From Octopus vulgaris (taxonomy: Eukaryota): DNA of 64,000 nucleotides. A program made the translations under genes and the position numbers. Where the stretch lies: assembly GCA_951406725.2 (NCBI GenBank), contig OX597817.1, positions 116,002,001 through 116,066,000 on the forward strand, read 5' to 3'. Below, piece by piece: positions 57,098 through 64,000 of the stretch (within the stretch, counting starts at the first letter, position 1; the number at the start of each line of letters is the position of its first letter). The notes beneath the pieces are model-generated. The model worked only from the letters and a program-made list of their open reading frames with translations. It ran no database searches and was not told the DNA's origin.

Positions 57098-57681
57098 AAT
57101 TACACAAAAACTTTGAATACGTTCTTTATGAAGTCATTCAATATTTTTTCATTGTTATTTGTGCTAGATGTAATACTGCTGAATTAATGGACACTGGCAC
57201 TGTATTGAGAATCCGAATTCAGAAATATATCATTAGCTACAGCTAACCACACAAATATAGGGAGAATACTATACTATATATTTTGAAATTAATACGCATG
57301 GCCCAGTATGAAACTCCTTAGCATTGAGGAAATATCAATACATAGGATGTGAATATTGGATTTAATCCGTATTAAATTTTAATAAATTTCATATTTCGCA
57401 GAATATATTAATTTACCGAGGCCATTAATACATATGAGATATCAATGTACAATAAGAAAACAGTGCTGTGCATGACTCAATTGAGGTATTAACTTACATT
57501 CTAATATATTTAAGTTCAAATCGTACCAAAATGAACTTTTAGTTTCACCATTCCTATATCAATACTATAAGTATTAATGCGAAAAAAAAGCAAAAATTAT
57601 TTCTTTTTATGACAGATTTTTTTTTGGAACTCCTGGAGCGTTGCGTTGCGGGCTTTCTACTTGCAGCCTACATTACGATAC

Positions 57682-57915
57682 TCTTCTTCTTGTTCTTCTT
57701 GTTCTTCTTCTCCTTCTTCTCCTTCTTCTTCTCCTTCTTCTTCTTCTTCTTCTTCTCCTTCTTCTTTTTCTTCTTCTCCTCCTCCTCCTCCTTCTCCTCC
57801 TCCTCCTCCTCCTCCTTCTTCTCCTCCTCCTCCTTCTTCTCCTCCACTTCACCTCCTCCTCCTCCTCCTCCTCCTCCTCCTTCTTCTTCTTCTTCTTCTT
57901 CTTCTTCTTCTTCTT
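57682..57915. repeat. (CTT)n/(CCT)n homopyrimidine tract
   Basis: Read directly; it explains the low-complexity ORFs at 57609-57998. Confidence 0.95.
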
Positions 57916-58079
57916 GTCTTACCTCTCAGAACGACTTTGCCTTTCATTCTTTCGAAGTCGATGAAATAAGCACCAGTAAAAAACTAGGGTCGATGTAACC
58001 GTCTTGAGATGCCACATGGCCTGGTCATTTCTTGCGTGTAGGTATTGATCTTGGTCTGCTAAGATAAAGCCTTTATTTT

Positions 58080-58440
58080 CTGATTTTAAACCAGAAGACT
58101 CTAACCCTCTTTTCTTGGCAGGTAAAGTGGTTCTATATCTGCCTTATGGTGGTGCATTCTATGCATTGTCAATAATTTTCGTATCTTTCTGTCACGATTA
58201 CATATTTCAGTAATTGGCCAGTTAATGATATTGAAACTATAAATCAGGACACGTATGGCTAAAGTATTGATCGCTCTGTCTTGAGAATTGCCCCTACCCT
58301 GCGATAACATTCTCCTCTCATTCTTTCCTTCCTCACTTAATGTTTGAATCTGTCCCCTTCAAATACCCCTAGGTATTTGTAGCTCTCCGCTGGTTTTATT
58401 TCCTTTATGACAATCTACTGGTGAAGATTAACAGTGGATT
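58080..58440 (-). mobile_element. R4/Dong-clade LINE internal fragment
   Basis: YKYLG, AINTLAIRVLIYSFNIINW, DRKIRKLLTMHRMHHHKADIEPLYLPRKEG. Confidence 0.85.
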
Positions 58441-58634
58441 TTGCTTTTGTGATTATTTTCGTTAAAAACCGCTTCCTTCAAGTTTTCCACAGGTTTCTTT
58501 ATCCTATTTCACCTATGTTACTAGATTAGATTTGTTTGTGAATGGAGAGCCCAGAGTGTAGCATATTCACGTACTTATTCAATGCGGAGCTGTTCTTGTT
58601 ATTCAGCGTGGAGCTCTTCTTGTTATTATTATTA

Positions 58635-58850
58635 TTAAAGCATCGAGCTGCTAGAATCTTTAGCACGCCACAGAAAATGCCTAGTAGCATTTTGTCCGTC
58701 TTTATATTCTTACGTTAAATGAAAACAATGTTAACTTTATCACTCACTTTTTCAAGCTCGGTAAATTACAAGATTAATGAAGCACCGCATAACTTTTATT
58801 GACTTGCTCCCCCTCGCTAAAATTGCAAGCATCTGGCCTGTAGTAAGAGG
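58635..58850 (+). mobile_element. SINE family B, highly degenerate
   Basis: gagctgctagaatctttagcacgcc...aaatgcctag...ttgtccgtcttta. Confidence 0.55.
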
Positions 58851-61379
58851 AACGATTACTATTATTAGTATTAATGCTATCAACACATAAACTCGTGTTT
58901 TCTTTCCTGCTGTTATGTACACTAATAGAAATCAAACATTAAAGCCCATAACCCTTGTTCAAATTGCAATTAATTGAAATCACTATTCAGCTTGGAATAG
59001 CTTCCTGCATTATTTATTCTGTTTGGACAGAAAATGAAGGAGCAGGACAACCATTTGCAATCATATAGTGGGACCTCGTCTATAATTGAAAACTTACGTA
59101 AAGCTGGAAGAATGACGATTATTTTATATATAGGCCACTTTTTACGGGGTTCTCCAAAATCGTGTTGCCTAAATAAAACTTTTTAGGCAAATATTTTGAT
59201 GATGCTCTGTTGAAGTTTTAAAAGAAAATTTTGAAGCACTTTTTGTTTACGTACTGGTAATATATTTAGCTTCAAAATTTCGGTCTAATGGTGAGTTACG
59301 GTGCGTAATCTTCACATCAGTCATTGAAGCCGAAGACATCGGTCAGAAATGAAGGGGTACAGTAGGTTGGGATTACTATTGTATTAGAAATCCTGCTCAT
59401 ATATTAACTGAGGAAAACTTCCTGGAGGGCGTACGTGATGAAAGGGGTCAGGGTGAGTGATTATTAAGTTTGCTGGAGGGAAAGAAACACACATAAGAAT
59501 AAGGATACGAGAGCAAATATAAGGAAAAAATAACGAAAGGTATAAAAGGAATGATAGGTGTAGAACGTAAAGCTGCATTTGTCACTAGCATCGGAAATTA
59601 TATTGGTAAATATCGGATGCTACACCGTAGCATTCAAAAGTATAGGCACATATAATGAAAGCAAACTTTAGAAAGCAAACTAATGTCTTAAAAATATATA
59701 ATTATTTTAGCGACAGTTGCAGTATTAATATAGAGAGGTAATATGTATCCCCATTTAAACAAGAGTGCATATTGTACCAAAAAACAAAACAAAACAAAGT
59801 GAGTGTTTCTCTCATGGCAAATACCGCAGTATAGTGTGTTCTAATAGATCATCTATGGCTGAGTGGGGATGAATATTACCTCTCGATATTATTACTGCTT
59901 TTGTTCCTAATATAGGTAATTTTAACAAGGTAACTGGCTAATCGCGACATTAGTGCCCGTTCTGGCTCTGTTATTCAATATATCGCTGGCGGGAAAATGA
60001 ACCACTGTTGCCTCTATCGGTTGAGTTTCTGTCATTGACAAAACTAAACAATATCGACGTCGTGTATTCTGGTGGTCTCGTTGCCGGAGATAGCGGGAAT
60101 TTATCTCCCTGCTAGCAATATAAATAAGGGGGCATTACTCACTGAAAAGCTAATATGAGCGTTTTTTTAATGGTAAATACCGCAGTTTAGTTTAAGTAGG
60201 GGTAAATAATGTATTAAATATTAATATATGAATAGAATGTTACATATAAACCAGTTACAGGAAATAATATCATTTTGATTGTTGCCGAAGCCATTAGTCA
60301 CAGACATTAATGAATATATCAGGCAGTACCGTATCACAGATAAACTAATATGCTGTATTTTGTTGCCTTATAACCACTAGGCAACCGTCTGAGATTTCTG
60401 AATAATGACAATTTCTTGCAATCGCTTCATTTGAAAATATTATCAATACATGATTATTACATACGTATATTATTTAAATTCACTTATCAAAGTTAGCTAA
60501 TAGCTAATGTTGAAATTGAGAACGTACAAGATATGCTGTAACCTTGCGTTGACCTTAAAGTTTATGAGATTCTAGCAGATATTTTGTCAGTTAAGTAAGA
60601 TAAAAAGAGAGAAGCCTCGGGGCTGCAGAAAGCCATAAACATGTCAACAAGTTTTCTTCTTATTCTATCCAACTAAACTGCAATAGGTACACACGTATTT
60701 ACACTCACACTTTGATTCTTAAGGATTTTAGCCGAACTTAACCGTTGAGATAATATCTCTTAGGATATTATGTGATATTAAACATTCAGATAATATCCTT
60801 AACAAATCTAGTGAGCACACCTTCATACTTTTACTAAGCATTAACTTTTTAGCTTCAATTTAACCATAGTTTATAACGTAGTTAAATGTACTCGTCTCAT
60901 TTAAATATCACTAAATATTATTTAAGCTATATGCCACCTTGTGCCATTGGATCAAATATGGCTAATGCCGCTTTTAATTAAATGTGCTGATATTGGTATA
61001 GTTTCATTTAGTGCAGTTAATATCCAACCAAATTTCAGGTTTCCCCATCTACTAGTTCAAAGAAACAATTTCTGTACAAGTACCTTTAAATATAGAAAAT
61101 TTGTTCATCGAAACATAGAGAACACGTCTAAATATGAACGTATAACCAACTTCGGTCTGAGTATATATTTTAATTCATGATCACATACCCATCACTGTAA
61201 ATATTTCATCTCACTACTTTAGCTTTTGAGTTTTCGTATATCTATTTACTCCCTCCCCGAAAGATGGGCAACCACCTCCCTTGGCCAAAATTATAATGAT
61301 AACCAATTACTTCTCCTTAGGTTTATTTACTTGTTGAATCATTCATTCACGAACTTCTTCACACACAACATGGAATAAA

Positions 61380-61640
61380 ACCTTCTTAAGAAAATACGAA
61401 ATTACAATAAATTCAAGGTAATTCTTCTTTCCGCTTCATTGACAAAAGCAAAAACACTAAGCTAACTAGCCACGTAAGGGAATATAACTTACAAAAATTG
61501 GAAAATAGTTGAAAAATCCATGCCATATTTAAATAGATCTAAGAAAAGCAACGTATGTGGAACTGAAAGATTGCACATTCTATGTAGATCTAAGAATTCC
61601 GCCACACGACTTAATTTCAGATAGGAATATTTACGCATAT
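61380..61640 (+). mobile_element. Penelope-like GIY-YIG C-terminal remnant
   Basis: SSFRFIDKSKNTKLTSHV...NWKIVEKSMPYLNRSKKSNVCGTERLHIL...LNFR*E fits the SF..T.LS.H.W..WKI..PY...C.LC..EK..I..LN.R.E pattern of PLE endonucleases. Confidence 0.65.
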
Positions 61641-61952
61641 TAGTTTTCACCAAGTTACACCCCCGGCACCCACTAGCTCAATTATGTCATCCGCGGTCAA
61701 AGGAGACGTAACTCTAATATTATCTAAGCTTTCCTTTCTTTTTCCATTTTTATTCATCATTCTTTCTTTGTCTTAGCATTAAACTTTGTAGCAAAAACCT
61801 TCTCGCTTTTTCTCATGTAACAGAGGCCTGATTTTCAAATATATTCCTTGGAGAGGCAGCACATGTTATGGAAGCATTAGAATCTCTTATTTTAATACAG
61901 TCTGCATTAAGCGATATGAGTGTGCTTGTATGCGTTTGCTTGAATGATTATA

Positions 61953-62035
<83 letters not shown>

Positions 62036-62043
<8 letters not shown>

Positions 62044-62529
62044 ATGAGGGTGTCTAAAAGACACCAACATGCCAAATAGCAGTCGAAACACTGACTATAG
62101 TACCACGTTAAATATATCGCACCATGAGGTAAAGCGGAGGGACAAAACATACAAGCAAAAATTATTGAATAATTCAAGATCCAAGGATTTCTGGTTCTGC
62201 TTTAGATAAGCTTTACCGTCATCAATTGAATATATCAAGGGTACATAAATACAGATATATATATGCACAGCAAAGGATATACTTACATACACGAGCGTCG
62301 CACATACATACATATGCACGTATGGACACAGCCAGTCTGAATCGCCCGCCAAATCACCGCATAAGTACGATATGGTTATCAAAGAAATACCTTACAAAGG
62401 TAAAAAAAATTTTAACAATTAAAAATGTTCTGCTTTAGATAAGCTTTACCGTCATCAATTGAATATATCAAGGGTACATAAATACATATATATATATGCA
62501 CAGCAAACGATATACTTACATACACGAGC

Positions 62530-62530
<1 letters not shown>
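62036..62530 (-). mobile_element. Non-coding partial tandem element (about 381-bp monomer) with hammerhead, embedded in (TA)n
   Basis: aattaaaaatg at 62036 and 62417; 62194-62298 is repeated at 62427-62530; long (TA)n on both sides. Confidence 0.75.
62172..62231 (-). ncRNA. Type I hammerhead ribozyme, U3 core variant
   Basis: Minus strand: attcaa-ttgatga-cggt...acca-gaaa-tccttgga-tc-ttgaat. Stem I 6 bp; stem II ggt/acc plus gctt/aagc; stem III atcc/ggat; AUC triplet. Confidence 0.65.
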
Positions 62531-62590
<60 letters not shown>

Positions 62591-63050
62591 GCTGTCTCTA
62601 TAGATACATACATGCATGTTTGTATGCATGCATGTATATTTGTATGCATGTATCTATATCCCCCTATCTCTCTATATATATAATAGAGATGTGTGTGTAT
62701 TCGCTTTTCACGTGAAAACGGCTTAACGAATTACGTCCATACTTGTGATGCATGAATAATTAAAGCACTGACATATAGTAGGGTTTTAATTTGATTTTTA
62801 AAAATAAAATATTGCTTTCAATTTATGATTCACTTCTTAAAAAAGGTTTCTCAATGTCAACTCCTGGTATGGACATAAAATCGACGAGATCTCTCATTCT
62901 CTATTTTAATGTTCGCTATTTGTAAACAACGACGATAAATTACTGAAAGAAATATTTATGAAGTTCACAAATTTAAATATTCGGTACAAGATAGCTTTTA
63001 ACGCGCTTTTATTTATACAATTTTTCATTCCATGTTTACCTCATTCATTG

Positions 63051-63104
<54 letters not shown>

Positions 63105-63464
63105 GACACACACACAGTGAAAGGGTGTGTTGTCATTTATACGTACATGCATAAATACATACGCATACATAATTTTTCTATGCATGTGTGCATGTGTGTG
63201 TGAGAGCGAGTAATGTCTAAGAGGCACTCTCTCTCTCTCTCTTTTTCTCAGACACAGAGAAACGCACACACGTACACATACGTACAAGGAAGATGTATGC
63301 CTATTTATCTATATATGTACGTATACATGACAACAAACACCTTCACTCACTCTCTCTCTCTCTCTGACATACAAAGATATGTCCATTTCATCTGATGACT
63401 GATACTGTATGTATATGTATCTGTGTGTGTGTATGCGTGCGTGCGGCATTCCACAATCTTCAGA

Positions 63465-64000
63465 AAAAAAGCAGAGGAATTTTCTCTCTTGATGCTCCTG
63501 GTGGCACAGGTAAAACATTTGTAACATTGCTTCTTCCCAAGGTAAGGTAACGAAACAAAATTGCAGTTGCAGCCATCAGGGGGGCGAACAGCTCATTCTG
63601 TTTTTAAATTACTTCTAAACATGGTCACAAATGACAAGCCACTTTGTAACATAAGCAAAGATTCAGGATCAGCAGAAGTGTTGTGCTTCTGCCATCACAT
63701 CATTTGGGATGAATGCACCATGTTACATAGAGGTGCAATAGAAGCTCTTGGTAAGACCTTACAAGACATCAGAGACAACAATAAATCTATGGGAGAAGTT
63801 ATATTAGTTTTATCAGGAGACTTCAGACAGACATTACCAGTCATTCCGAGACGAGCAAGATCTGATGAAATAAAAACGTGCATCAAGTCTTTACATCTAC
63901 GGAATAAACTAATGGAATTCTCCTTCAATACTAACGTGCGAGCTTTATTAGATAGGGACCAATGTGCAAAATAGTTTTCAACCTGACGCCTCCAATTAGG
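63465..64000 (+). mobile_element. Helitron RepHel PIF1-like helicase remnant (runs to the window edge)
   Basis: LDAPGGTGKTF (Walker A), GGRTAHSVFKL, IIWDECTM, LSGDFRQTLPVIP; stop and frameshift near 63550 and a stop at 63974. Confidence 0.9.

Overview
AT-rich, microsatellite-laden eukaryotic non-coding DNA. The SINE families and the repeat landscape suggest an octopus (coleoid cephalopod) genome; this is an inference. I recognise no host protein-coding exon, rRNA or intact tRNA gene, and nearly all supplied ORFs are noise or microsatellite artefacts. Recognisable content is all mobile DNA: tRNA-derived SINEs (CORE-like and Meta-domain-like), five R4/Dong-type RLE LINE remnants mostly beside (TAA)n, a non-coding (TAA)n-embedded retro-element, Penelope-like (RT/GIY-YIG) remnants, Tc1/mariner remnants, Helitron pieces and an ORF1-only LINE derivative with a 13-bp TSD. 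The main observation is at least four sequence-unrelated, non-coding elements, each with a type I hammerhead ribozyme fold and a palindromic or minimal stem III (25.3-26.5 kb, 31.1-31.6 kb, 35.3-35.5 kb, 62.0-62.5 kb). Three of the four show partial-tandem and/or inverted architecture, and three sit in (TA)n tracts. They look like a set of Penelope-mobilised retrozyme-like elements. All folds and alignments were made by eye.
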